Shown here: positions 26,361 to 40,100 of the stretch, piece after piece
Position numbering within the stretch: the stretch's first letter is position 1
Layout: each line of letters begins with the position of its first letter
Assembly (NCBI GenBank): GCA_977030845.1
Contig: OZ365112.1
Span: 15,624,001 to 15,688,000, forward strand
Direction: 5' to 3'
Origin: Fimbriosthenelais zetlandica
Taxonomy: Eukaryota
Length of the DNA stretch: 64,000 nucleotides
Made by a program: the position numbers and the translations under genes
The notes under the pieces: model-generated
What the model was told of the DNA's origin: nothing
Databases searched by the model: none
What the model saw: only the letters and a program-made list of their open reading frames with translations

Positions 26361-29300
26361 ACCTGCATAAAATAATGGCTGATAGCTAGCCAAAGTGAAG
26401 GCTGTGATCAGACAGTAATAATTTTGGCAGGCACTCTTGATTTCATGGCGAGAACAAGTGGTCAACATGTTGTTATTACCTGCATTTTCCACTCTGATTA
26501 CACATTTCCATCAACGATCGATCAAGAGGGAACTTCTCCATTGAGAAGGCCGGCCTGGACATGGCTAAATATTGTGATTAAAACAATGCTGGTTGGCCAT
26601 CGGACACGTGTGGGTGAGTTCGTCTGAGGGTGGATCATATGGGCGTATTGTTAGCCTGTCAGACACGATCACGGTCTAATATTTCACCGACGAACGTTCC
26701 GCGCAGGTCTCAAATGTGACGTCAACTCCTTACTCCTGGCAGGAGTCTGATGAGTGAGATCATGAAAGTAAGTCATGATGAAACATGAAAGTAAGGATTG
26801 TGACTAAAATGGAATCCTTGGGAGGAAACAATTGTAGTATCATTTTCATCCGAATCATCTCCTTAAAAAAAGCATATAAAATCAGTTATGAGCCTGGAGT
26901 CATCCCTGTCTATTCGACCCATGTCACTAACACCACCCACACTATTAACTCGCCCCTAAACGATCTATTTTTTCGCGGTGAAATGGCTCGGAACGGGATC
27001 AGCAGACGGGTGTAGGGACGCCGACAAGGCACGACGGGCGGACGACGCGTTGCTGATGACGCGAGCACACACACCTTTGCTACGCGTGCTTGACAGCTGT
27101 CAGAGATACCCATTACACCCCGAGTGCCCGGTCTCCATTTACCCCCATTTTTATCTTATCAGACCAAATGGAAACCTCGGTGGAAAGTTTCATTAGAAAG
27201 TTGATCCTTGGGCGAGTCATTGTGACAGGGTTTTGTTCAGGGTTTTACGGTGGGCTGGGGGTCGGGGGCTGGGGTTATTGCTCATTGTCACACTACAATA
27301 GTCACGAGTTGCTCTGTAACGTCTAAATCATAACCAAGGAGAGTGAGCCAGCACCTCGGGTGAATCACTCGCTGTTATTGGTATCATCTTCTGGTCGTGT
27401 TGATAAGAATTATCATCAAGCCTTCCATCCATTCACGCTTAATCACTGCCACACAAAAGGCGAACATGTCCATTACTGACAGGTGAATTATGACATGTGT
27501 GACATTGGTCATCTTGGTTATTTAACGTCAATATGGTTTCTGTAATTAATATGGTAATGGCCCAAAAGACACGCCCGATAGTGCTTCATGTAGTGGGGGT
27601 CGGTAATGGATTGTTCACCAAGATCATTTTGATTACTTATAAAATTCAGAATCCAAGGTTTATTCAGAAATGTGTTATTTGGTGATATGATATTGCTACT
27701 TGGAGAACTTCTAGCACTCCAATGTGAATTCCTGCCTTACAGAATTGGTCACTGTGGAAGAGGATAGAAGTAAGTGATAAATTGGTTCATCAACTGACTC
27801 CTGAACTGCCCTTCAGGTATAACCCAATCCTCTACCCCCAGCACCGCGAGTAATCATCCCCACAAAAAAAATAAAAAAACAGGTTTAAAGGTTTTAACCC
27901 TGAATGAGGGCAGGACAAAGGCTGGACGCAGTATAGAGCTGCACCTGACACTGGGGGCGGGGGTGGGGGCTGTAACTAGGCAAGGGCAGGGCTTAGTAAC
28001 AATCAGCAAAGGGCATTACAGTCTAGCAGGGCCTAGGGGTGGAGGGTGGATAAATAGAGGGGTTAGAGGATGGGGGAAGGGGGTGAGGCTATCATGGGCT
28101 CCCAGGCTGTAATCTACACTGTTCTGGTCCACTAAATTAGTTAGCCATTGTGCACTAATATTGTGCTGGGCAGAAAAAGAGCGCATGACTGACCCCATAG
28201 CCTCCAGGGAGGGGGACTTTCACCAACCTCGGGAAAGAGGTCAACAGGCCCAATGGCTGAAATTTCGGACTTTGCCAGGCACCAACTAAAACAAATTTTA
28301 AAATGGGTTGGACACAATCGGCATAAATTAAGTTGTGTAATGGCTTCTTGAAAAGCATATACAAAAGGAAGCTCTGATCATTGATGGTTTCCAGAAATTT
28401 CTATTTCGACTTCTGCTTGAAATTGGGATTATCGATATTGAAAAGTTTCTAAAGATATACGCAATTGCTGATTTTGTGAGGTAGCAGGAAACCTCAGAAA
28501 GTAAAAGTCCAGTTGTCGTGCACAAAGGACACAAGGTCTATGACCCTGGATTCTACATCAAATCCATTACCGGTTTGTGTTTAATCAAGTGTGAAACTCG
28601 CATGACTGCCACTGTAGCATTCAGCTGCTGACATTTAGGACTTTGCTTTGGCTTCTTGCACCACCGAAGTTGTTGCTTCCTTCACAGTCCCTCGCAGTCC
28701 ATCGATGGACGGCGGCCCTACGAATCAGATGGTGGCCGAAAAACGTACATGTACATTAAAAATATGTCGGCAGTCCTCTGCAGGAACCCGAACATGCTCC
28801 TAAAAGTGGTAGAAATCTTTTTTTGGCCTTCTCTTGGTGTTATTTCCGGGGCGGAACTCGAAGCTCCTGCTTATACATAAATAGTGGTGGGAAACAAATG
28901 ATTAGCCCCGTGTAAATTTATAACACAAAGAAGTCATTCAGATGAACACGGAGCGCATTAGACACTGCAATTATGGTCTTTAGAAGTCACCTTGTATAAC
29001 CTTCATGGCAAAGATATCTATTGTGTCTCTCCCTGCAGCCGTGAAGCCTGGGGTTGGGCCCAAAGGTGTAGTCACTCTACCAGAACTCAATGTAACATGC
29101 CTTAGTAACCTTATCTTTTCACTTTATCCTTTATCTTTCCATCCTCAACTGCACGTGTAGGGATGTGGATCTGGTGGTAGTATATTTTTAAACTTTCAAT
29201 ATTTACCCCAAAAACATTTATGTTTTTTTTTCTTTAAGTATTCAGGGGTAGGCCCTAATGTATTTTTGTTGTGCGTGGGGTCAGTTGACTCGGTTGCTTG

Positions 29301-31534
29301 ACTCCTTCCGACAACACACCTGCTACTTTTAAACAGAAAATACAAACAGTGTTGTTAAACATTGGAAATGCAAGTAAACTAACTAAGTGTGCTCGTAGTC
29401 TTTGGCACTATATAATTCTATGAATGCTGAAGCTTCTATGTAGAAAACTCCATCAAAATATCTGTACAGTCAAAAATGTACAATGAAAAAAAGCCATTAT
29501 AAATTGCGGAAAATACCCATTAAATACATCGATCGTGATTATATTCTGTCAATGTGTCATTGAAAGATATGCAACAAAAGCAGGATAAGCAACAAAAAAT
29601 TAAACAAATTTAAACGAATCTTAATGCCCATCTCGAGGTACCAACCTACGAGTAGAATCAAGAGCCTTATCATTCCACAACAAAAACATTTATCAAAGGA
29701 GTGCTTGACAAGTCTAGTGTAAATATCTCTGCCAAAAGATCTGCAGCTGGCCTGTATCAATAGCCACTATTGTGGATGCTCATATAAGGTTCATATAGGC
29801 TGAATTAATCAAACTAAGCGGACAGGTACTCGAGCAAAAAAATTGCCCCAGCACGAGCGTGTGGCCACCACCAACCTGCCAGCTTAAAAAATGAAATCAC
29901 GCTTAAAGATAGCTGCACAATGGCTCTTGATGCCTCAACTTTTTGTGTCTTTCTCAAGAACCACTTTACGTCAGACACGTGTTCTTTTCTCGGTGAGATG
30001 ACTGGAAAAGTTACTGAGAATCCACAAGACAGTGAACATTGTTAGAAAGCTATGTCCTTCAAAATATAGTTCTAAAACCACGAGACCCATCAATTATAGG
30101 ATTTCTTCTGAGAATTTACGCGAGTTTTGTTGTTCATTATCTTGACAACTGCATGCACTTTGATAGGCTCAAATAATACGTTTTTCTTTTTGAAATATCT
30201 TTTATTTCTTATCCCACTACCCTCGAAAAATATGCCCCAGGTAATGTTAGAAAAACACCATGGGAGGTATGAAGTTACAGTTAATTTGATGAGAGGATGG
30301 GGGCAGGCTGGGGGTTTGTGACAGTTGGACTAGAATAGAATGATGATGTCATGGTTGTAATCACCAAACTCTCGTGAAACTTCATCTCTCACGCGTGAGT
30401 TATGACTCCATTTTAATGACGTAATTCGTGACATCACTCGGGAGAAAATTACTATCTCATCACCCCCATTTCATACTAGTAACTATAGATGTAGAAGGCA
30501 ATATGTTTTTTGGGTTGTCGAAAACCATGATCATTTATATATTGTGTGTTATGGTATCAGTATTTTCAAGTGCCAAGTTTGTTATTCTGGAACAGTTCGA
30601 TTGAAAGGATTCTGCCCCATGGCAAATTTTTCTTGGGCTAGGTCAATCGCTACATCAAAATGTTTTATCTCACCATTGCTAACCTTGCACATCCTGATGA
30701 ATGAAGGTAAAAACATGGCCATTAATAGTGTGAAGACCACTAAAGTAAGCTTGATTGGGGATTAATGATGAGAATAAACCATTATTGTCTCTAATTGAAC
30801 TCAGCTAAACAGAGTATTTGAATTTGGGTGACAATGAGTGATACCTGTTGACATGCACATGGTGAAAAATTGGGACAAAGCCTCAGGCTCTGGCCTATAG
30901 CCAATCAATCAGGCTCCCACCCCACCCCTATAGTTCTACCATTCACCCCCACCCCCACAACCTTAATGCATGGCTGCTTAAAGACAAAATCTAATGATGC
31001 ACCCTTATCACCACAGTTCTTATCTGTTATTTTCACTTCCCTCCATTTTAGATTTTTTTAGGAAAACGTACTTCAGTATTGCTATATGAGAATGTCGATT
31101 ACATTTTGTGTTTTTTTCCCTGTGCTAACTGTTATACGACATATGGCACTATCATGACAACATGTCGTAACATGCTCTCCCCCACATGTTAACTTCAAAG
31201 CCCCCTAATTTTCGTACCAAACTTTTGTTTATAAAAACAGCAGATTGCATTGTGATATGCACACCTGGGGTCTGATTGGTGCAGCTTCTGTTTTGTTAGG
31301 TGCTATGTATACTAATTATATTGTTCATTTCACACCAACACAAATGTGCAACATCGTGCACTAAGGTTCTCTGTATTAGTTTCCCTTTGTCCCGAGGGTA
31401 TGAAATTTGATTTTAATTTCACTAAAGAAATTAAACAGCAAACATGATTAAATATTATGTTCAATTGTAGGGTTGAAATTTTAACAAATGAATTGGACAA
31501 TTGTAATGATGTGCACATTGTTGCATGCTTGCAG

Positions 31535-31650
31535 GACCAGGAACATACGAGGCAAAGGTGACGATGGACAGGAGAGGCAATGTGATGGTAACCAAAGACA
31601 AACGCTTCAGAGACGCCAAGTCAGATATTCCTGGACCAGGCACATATGAG
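31535..31650 (+). CDS. STPG2: STPG2 penultimate coding exon (phase 1 to phase 0)
   Basis: Acceptor catgcttgcag|GA and donor GAG|gtcagt. Encodes (G)PGTYEAKVTMDRRGNVMVTKDKRFRDAKSDIPGPGTYE, with two PGPGxY repeats. Confidence 0.95.
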
Positions 31651-34080
31651 GTCAGTTGATTTCACTTATTAAGTTTCTTCATACAATATTTGATATGACT
31701 GTGTCAAACGAGTCAGTGTGGTAGCTGTTGTCAACCAAGGCATGCGTGTTTGTGGTAATTAATCAGCGGTGTGTTTTAACATAGTTACATCTGTCGTGTG
31801 CTAATTAATTAGATGGGAAAATGATATGTTCGTTTAAGAGTGTATGTGTGTTGAACGCTTTAACCCTAATATTCGAGTGCACAGGTGTTCGAACAGCGGG
31901 GGAAAAAAATGAAGTGCAGTTGGCAAGTTGCAAGTTGAGTTGGCCTTCCTTGATGCTGCCGGCAACATCTCCAAGCATTGTGCTTCAAGCTCATACAGTG
32001 GATAACGTTGTATGCCCTTGCACATGCGAGATCCAAACTTAACAAATGTCCAAACTAACAAAGGAGGTTTACAAATGCCGAAGGACCTGTTTTGAAATTT
32101 AAAAAAAACGGTTGATAATTATATATGATAAAAAAATCTTTGACAAAAAAAATCTCAATGGGAAAGATACTTTTGGGCTCGAAGATATTTACATAATTTA
32201 GATGGATAGGCTGGATAATTCTTTGACACGCTGCCGTAGCCTTCATTTTAAGACTCCCTGATTATGCCGCAGATTATAGGAAATTTAGAAAGACGTCTCG
32301 ACTAAAGCCCCTGGCTGGAAAGCCTCTACAAGCCTCCTGCCTTATATAAAGATCGAGATCCTTGTCAGAGATAAGGGAATTACTTTACCTAGTCAATGAG
32401 CGTATCCATAGCCACAGGTGGCATAATGGGGACAATCCAGAGTGGTATTTCACTCCCTCTCTTTCCCCTTTGTTTATAACTTAATTAGTCGGCGCATGCT
32501 AATTACAGATAATAGTGTTATAATTGTTAGCAACCAAACCTTTGCATTAATTCCCCAGTCCCGCTGTGAGGGCTGCCTTTTGCTTCTTTGTTCGCGGATC
32601 ATCAAGCAGCAAAGCAGGCTTTGGGGGATTTTTCCCATTCATTTACTTGTCACTTGGACTGGGGATCATACTGGGGCTTCGTTAAAGAAGGCTGAGGGGG
32701 GATCAGGCATGATAAGGATCTCTCCCCCCTGATAGAGATGGAGCTTGGGGTGTTGAAAGGAAGGGCAGGTAAAAATAAAAGCCCTTACACCTGTTATGTG
32801 CTTCAGTGACGAGGCTTTGTTTGCAGCTCTGTGTTTGAGAAAGCACCCCAAGCTTCTAACGGGGTGCAGCTCTGTCAACCGTCTCACCCACGGGTGGAAT
32901 TTGTGACCCTGAAATACTGGCAACAGTAATTGTGTTTTGCTTTCATCATTAATTGGGCTGCACTAAGGGTTCCCACGACCCCCCAGGCGATTGTGAAGAC
33001 TTCACAACATTCGGCAAAGTGTGATAACATTGAAAGTGTGACTAGCCATAATATACCAGAGTTGCTTCATGTCGTTTGATGACTTTGGGAATTCTTTAAT
33101 GAGTCTTTCTTCGAAATACACACGTATTCTCATGTATACTTTCCAAAGCCACTTCTCTGGTCCAGAATAAAATTCCAGGCCCATTTTATGGATCCCCACT
33201 GCAGTAGTTTAGAAGAGTTGGGATGTTAAGTGTGGGGGCCTGGGCCTGGGATTTATCCAGCCCCTACTGATCTGTGGATCAGGATGAAGGAAAGGCATGC
33301 TCTCTATGTTGCATGGTAAGTGTCGGTTAGGGGAGCTATGGGCTGAATTGAAGCTACATCAGGCTGGATATTGTCTATTCTCATGATTGATGGGCCGCCC
33401 AGAAGTGATAGATGGTCCCCTCTAAATCACCATCTCATCCTATATACCTTTTATCGCAATCGTACCAGAGATAAATATTTTTTTTGTTCAATCAAAATCA
33501 AGATTTCTAATTAGATTATCTGAGAGATCAGAAAGTGATCTATCATGCATTGGGGTTCTTCAAGTTGTGTAAAATATTTATATTTAATTTTAATCTCAGG
33601 TTTGTGATGAGAGATAAAAAGTGTGGGCAAGAGAATACCCTTTTACTTTTGATCCATTATCCCCTTTTGGAATTTTCTTCCGGTATATATGATTTAATAT
33701 ACCATACCCTATATCATGTCCTTTGAATTAGAAAAGGAATATGTAGGACGTCTGCATGTTCATACATTCCGATTGGTATATCTTGTAAATCCATCGGTCT
33801 AATCGGTGGATGCTTCCTATACATGATCATGTAATGCAGCATTTAAGAATTAATCATGACCATGATCTAGCTGAGATAATAGACACCTCCATTGGTATGG
33901 TTTACGCCCCCTGCTAACTGAGACACCAGGCTTAAGAAAGCAGTCTCTAGATACGAAACACAGCCTGTTACAGAATGAGGCACTGATCATTATCAATCTG
34001 AGATCTACAAATAACACACAGTGTTGCCAATTCAGCAGACTTCTACTTGGAATTTCATGCCAGCACCATCCGAAAGGGAG

Positions 34081-34150
34081 AACAGAGGGGGAGGGAGAGA
34101 AAAGAGAATGAGAGAAAGAGAGAAAGAGAGAAAAGTCTAGTGAGAGAGGA
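34081..34150. repeat. (GA)-rich polypurine tract
   Basis: gagggggagggagagaaaagagaatgagagaaaagagagaaagagagaaaag. Confidence 0.7.
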
Positions 34151-34876
34151 TAAGATGAATCAGGATAGAGGCCCCCAAGGGCAGTGTCCAAACATCAGTA
34201 AGCACCCCAGGAAACTTATAAAAAGTTATTGCAAAAACTATATAAGTTATCAAGTGATAATTGAAAACGAAATTCTTTGAAGTGATAGGTTTTTTCTCCC
34301 CTCATATCTTGAGTAGTAACAACCTTGATCTTCAGTGGTTGCCTAATGTAGACGGGCAGATTGGAGGTGGAGGGATGTGAGGGGGCCTTCATACCCCCCT
34401 TTTATTTGACAGACTCGTGGCGTACATCTCAAGCTCTCCCATCTCCACTTAACTTATCAGCACCGGATGTTTTCGCCCAGCGCTGCCTATCGGCGACCCG
34501 CGACATCACCTTTCCTCACCTGGAACGCGGGCTCTTGCTGGGGGCAACTTCACACATTTACCTCTAATCCTTCATATGAGCCAATTACCAGGCCAGCAAT
34601 GATTCACAATGGTGATTCAGCGAGCATAATGCTCTCCCTGCGAGGTACAAAAAAACCATAATTGAAATCGTTGTCACTTTTTGTGAAATGGGCTGATCCA
34701 ATGAAGTAGTCCATATTTTATTCTTTATTTTATCTGAGAGGTAATATTTTGGAGACCTCCATAAAGATATGAGTGGTTATCTTTGTCCCAAAATAAGTCG
34801 ACCCCCTAGGTTTCAGCTCTATATACTCTGGGTGTGTGAGTCCTGTGTGCGTGCAAGTGTGCATGCCTTCATGCAG

Positions 34877-35048
34877 GTCTGGGCTGATCAGGAGCAACAG
34901 GAGGAACAGGCACTGCTGGAGAAGGATCACTCGGGGGATAAAGCCAGGAGGGGGAAGAGCACGAGGAAGTGGGACCAACTGGTACCTGCACATGCTCGTA
35001 CCCATCCGCGGCCCTCCCACTAAATCTAGCCTGGCAACCTGCCTCCAG
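34877..35048 (+). CDS. Candidate alternative STPG2 exon giving a different C-terminus
   Basis: Acceptor catgccttcatgcag|GTC in phase 0, matching the 31650 donor. Purine-rich open frame VWADQEQQEEQALLEKDHSGDKARRGKSTRKWDQLVPAHARTHPRPSH* with stop at 35021-35023. Strong donor CAG|gtaatg at 35049. Confidence 0.3.
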
Positions 35049-36299
35049 GTAATGGCTTCTCCCCCGCTCCTCCTGGGTGGTAGGGTGAGGGGCTATATGA
35101 GCAGACTGGACGGTAGTTGGTCCTCCAGTACTGGCTGAGATCCGGGTATACATGGCGGGTGGGGAGCTAGCATGGGGTTCAGGGCCTTGTCTCTCCATGT
35201 GAATGATGGAAATTGATACCCAGTTGAAAGCTGTCAAACACAAGGAAAACTGACCTAGAGTACAGAGAGTGATCCAAAGCTATAAGGACACATTTATCAA
35301 AAGAGTTCAGCTAGCTGTTGGTCCTCGCTTTATGTGTTCATTTTCTGACATATGTCAATCACCGAGTTATTCAGTATGGGGTGATGATGTCATAGGTTTA
35401 TCTTCTAAAATAAGATGTGATAACTGGGTTGGTAGATACCCCATAAGATGACGCATATATATACCATATGCTGAATTCCTGAGTAGACAAGTGTATCATA
35501 AGATGATATCATAGTGCGCAACTAGCGCCCAAACTGGCATTGATGATGCCTCTATTTCCATAATTTGGGAGAAAATATGGGAGATTTTATTGTCATGCTA
35601 ACATATTCACTCCTGTGAATTTAAGCTGAAGCAAAACGTGCAATATAATATTGGCAAAACTTATAGATAGTAATATAGTAATTATTTTGAAAGCCATGTG
35701 GTTTATGGCTGAGAAAATACTTGTACGCAATCACAGACCACTGCTTCACAAGGTATTGTAAATGTCAGACAGGAAACAGTAAGCCACTGGGGATCAGCAT
35801 TTTTATAGTCTTGGAGTAAAAATGCACATCGTGCACATCCTTTTCATGTGCGTCAGTTACCTTATAGTGTTGCCATGCAAATTGTTCCATGTGCTGCAAC
35901 CATAGTTGGAAGGAAGAGACCTTTAACATGCCCGTATACCAGGCTTCACATGCTGATGAAACAGACCATTTTTGCCTTGGATCCTTCATGTAATAAGCTT
36001 TACACTAGACTGAAGGGGGTTTGTTTTTTGCTTGGGGTAACTAAGGACACCCCGTGGCATAACACCCTCCTCAGGAATTCCCTGTGGCTTCTGTGAGGGC
36101 AAAGCCCAGACGTCCTGGCGGTGGGGAAATCGGCTGCGAGGAAAGTGGAGTCTGAGTGGCGGGGGAAAAGAGGAGTTTGAGGCCCTCACAACGGTGGGGA
36201 AAAGTGGTCCTTGGAGGAGAGGGAAGAGGGGAAAGGAAAGTCTGCATGGGGGGAGAAACTGCTGTTTTAGGGAAGATTGGGGATCAGGTTGGGGTCGTG

Positions 36300-37100
36300 T
36301 CATGCTGGGCAATGCTCGATTACGTTTACGGTTGTCTTGCTGTGGGAATATAGAGGTAAGGGGTGAATGAAATAAGATCTATGGTATGGGGTCATTGCTT
36401 GGGAAATGGTGCTGAAGATGAGCATCCTATGCCATATTTTTTTAGGGAGAATATTCCCAGTTGACCCAAATTGACGGTAACGTTCTTTGATGCAGCCATT
36501 TGCTAAGTTTCCAGTTTGGCCTTCCACATATGGTCCATAGCCTGTTGTACATGTATCCTTCTGGTGGCCATCCTTTCTCTGTACGAAAAACGAAATCCCA
36601 TCTGAATCTCCTCCGATTGAAATTCAACCCCTAAAGTTCTTTTACGGTGCAGCAATCCGACAATATTTTTTCAGGGCCATGAAAGAAATGTATGACATTG
36701 GTGCTTCCTTTCCGAAAGCAATTGTGGCGCTTTGGAAACAGTTTGGGTTAGCCACGTGAACATCTGAGCCATGCTGAGCAGAGGTCTTCATGTAACACGA
36801 CTGTTGAACATCTGGTAGTAAACCCAGGAACATTTTCTCTGACAATGTGTATGGAAACATCTGCAAGATTTCCATCCATAAAACCAGTAATATGTTTCGC
36901 ATTACCAACATGGAAGCCTGGGCTTAAGTTGAAGGTCACAGAGGTTTTAAGGTATCAATTTGCGGAGGATTAGGGGTAATAGGTTTGACCGGAAATGTGC
37001 ATTTTACCCTTGAGTATTTAAAGAGCAAATCTGGAAAAGCAAACTTTTTTTGCCAGAATGCATCAGCCCTATTCATATTGATATTGATGTGCTTAAATGG
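36300..37100 (-). mobile_element. Decayed LTR-retroelement RT thumb/connection region
   Basis: Ordered minus-strand motifs: ADAFWQ..RFAL (37067-37020), EILQMFPYTLSEKMFLGL (36872-36819), SFMALKKYCRIAAP (36686-36645) and GISFFVQRKDGHQK (to 36558). Only two stops occur in the frame 36911-36300. The YxDD motif is absent, apparently deleted. Confidence 0.45.
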
Positions 37101-40100
37101 CTTCCAACAGCAGGATGCTTCTACACATTGTAGTCTTATATCGTAATGTAATAGACCATGTCCAAATGCGCATCAGCCAACTTCCGGCTGTGTACAACTT
37201 TCCCACCATCTCAATATGGTTGAGTTAGGAACCCATCCCATGCAGTGGGACATGGGTCGAACATTATCACACATGTGTGGTCTTCCTCTCTTCTTCTAGA
37301 CCTTGGTATAAAGTCTGTTATATTGCTGGGACAGGTCTGGTACAGGGGCCTGCATAGTAGGAGACTGGCACCAGAGAACAGCTGGGGCCATGTCCTGCAG
37401 CAGGCACAAAACTTTAGGGCTTGATGTCCCTCAAAGCCTGCTGCATCCAGGCTTGTAATGCCACACGAGGACCAGAAGGGTGTCACAAACACATCAATCT
37501 GAACAGTAGCAGAACCTCCAATCCTCTCCATCACTGGACATCAACATTGGGTGTCCTTGGTGGATCCCCCCCCCCCCCCCCCTCCCAACCTATAACACCA
37601 CCCACACCCTCCACATGCCCTGCCTCCACAATCCCAACAGGAAGTGGGCCTCACAAAATCAATAACAAACCTGGAACAATGGATCACCTTAATTCCTCCT
37701 GCACCAGTCGCTGTTTAAAATAATCACAAAACCATTTTATTCATCCTTAAAAAGCAAGAGAAGAACTAATGAACTAACTTCTAAATATATTGGTAGGAAG
37801 GCAAGTGTTCCGGGTCAAGGGGATTTATTTGAGGACAATGCCCTTTATATTTTATGTGGAAACAATTGGGGAGAGGCTAAATGAGAAAGAGGGCTTAGGA
37901 TGTTTGTTGGTTGATGGTGTAACCAGCCGAGCCTCTGGTCATTTAGGTTAAGCCCATCAACGTGATCTGTTTAGGGGATGAGGCAATGAGCTGAAGCGGG
38001 CATTTAGGAGCAGCTCCGTCTACCCCTGACACATATGTTGTCATAGATCATTTGACTCGGGGAATAGGGGAGAGAAGTGTCCCAAGCACCAACACAAACA
38101 TTTATCTATAGCGGGGGACAAGTGAGCGTTAAGCAATGAAGAAGTGAGTGGAGATAATGAGTATAATGTGCATACCACCTGTCTCGCCAGCATCTGGGGA
38201 TGCTGTTTGTGTTGTTGGGTTATTGTAAGTGGTAGAGGGGGTAAAATGTCTCGAGTTATCGTCTCTATCTTTCATACTATGGTAAATAGCTCAGGCAGAA
38301 TCCCAAGGAGCTGAAGGTTCGTGTTTACATGGACCTTTTCATAGAAGACTTCCACTCCAGTGCCTGCAAAGACCACATTTCATTGTAAGTATCGAGTAAT
38401 TGTAAGGATAGGAAAGAAGTATGGAACTTCTGTGACATTGAGCCTGGCTGCGGATAGATTGCGAACTGTCTCCAAAAAAACTTGTGCAGTTCTGAAGGAT
38501 TAAAACACTTCATTGGCTCAATATTCACGAATGTGTCTATACTATAGGCTAAGCGTTTTTTGCATGAAAATTAATATAAGATATTTGGCAGTTGTTATTT
38601 TTGAGCATGTCCTAATGTTAAGATCTCGAATTTTGTGTTGAAACTGAAAGCTTGCTATTATTGACTTGAGAGGAATGCAAGCATGCATGGTGCTTATCAG
38701 CCACCATTAAGGTTGACATGAGACCCCCAACTCTTGCATTCCTCACTCGTTAATTACTGGACCTTATATCCCACCTCAGATTCCAGTAGCCACTCATCTC
38801 TCCTCAATGTCATGACCTTACTGCCAGTAACATTGACCAGAGGACAGCTACCTCATAACATACATTCCCCCAACTGTCCTCCCACTGACCACCTGCCCTC
38901 TATTGCCCTGTGCTGCTCATTTGGAGCTGGGGGGGGGGGGTATGGTAAAGTTGAGGGGAGCATGTTATGCTAAAGTCTAAAAGTGCATGGAATATTGGTG
39001 GAGATTTTCATACCCATGTCCCAAACACCACTCTCCCCACTTGTCCTCTAACGTAGGTCACATCAGCGACTCCTCACTTCTAGTGGACATTTCACAGGAG
39101 TGAGGGGATATATGACAGATAGCTTCACCCTGTCCAGCCTCCTGGCCTATGTAAAACTCGTGTATGTGGTGGTATATAGTGGGAGCACCTCTGAGCTCGT
39201 GTAGGGATTAACTGGGAGGCCTGGTTGTAGGAGCTGCTCGCAGGCAGGTATGCTTGTATATAAACAGCCGTCTTATCTCCAAGCCGTCCCCCGCCCGTCA
39301 CTGGCTCCCCTTGAAGCAGGGGGATGATCCAGTAAATGAGGGCTTGTTATTCCCAAGACTTCCACCCATATACACAATAAGCTTTTGATCCTGCCGCTCT
39401 TTAGGGTCTCCAACCGGAGACATCCTCTCCTCTTACCTAGCTAAAACAGCTAGAAGAACATGGAATGTCAACTGCGGCCCCGTTGTAAGAGGTAACACTT
39501 AAAAGTTAGATCATCATTGCCTGTTACCTCTTTGATTATTTCTGGATTTTCAAGTACAGCAACTACTTGAAATCTGCTTCCTGGGCCCATTTCATTAAAT
39601 CCATCTAGTTCAGTTTAATCACATTAATTGTAGGTAGATTCTATGGGATTTTTCTATGAAGTTTCACAATAAATTCTGAACTTTTGACACCATTTCGATC
39701 CTCTGCAGACCCTTCCCTGTCCATTAGTAGAAGGGAAATATTTCAGAGCCGCATATATGCAGTCAGTATACATTATACTTGTATACAAACACTTATCCAG
39801 GCATTTTAGGTCGGTGAGTCCAGGCATAAAATACACGGACACTGATTTTATCAGTTTGAACCGAGCTATGGGTAAACTTCCACACTTAAGTGCTCAGTTA
39901 TAAAAATATGCACCATAAGCAACCACGGGAAATGCTTGCCTGGATGCTTGTATGGCGAGGGAGGGGTGGGGGGAGAGTGGTGGCTGGAGGGAGTGGGAAG
40001 ACACAGAGACAGATTTTAGATATGCTTTATTTATATTATCATGGCGCCTTATAGTGGACACTGAGCGTTACAGGCTTGGACAGAACCCTTGACCTCCTCT

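Noticed and set aside
25950-26492. 180-aa minus-strand ORF as a gene
   Set aside because: It is a translation of the (GATG)n microsatellite.
29401-29420. tttggcacta matching the miR-96 5' end
   Set aside because: The match stops after 10 nt and there is no precursor hairpin.
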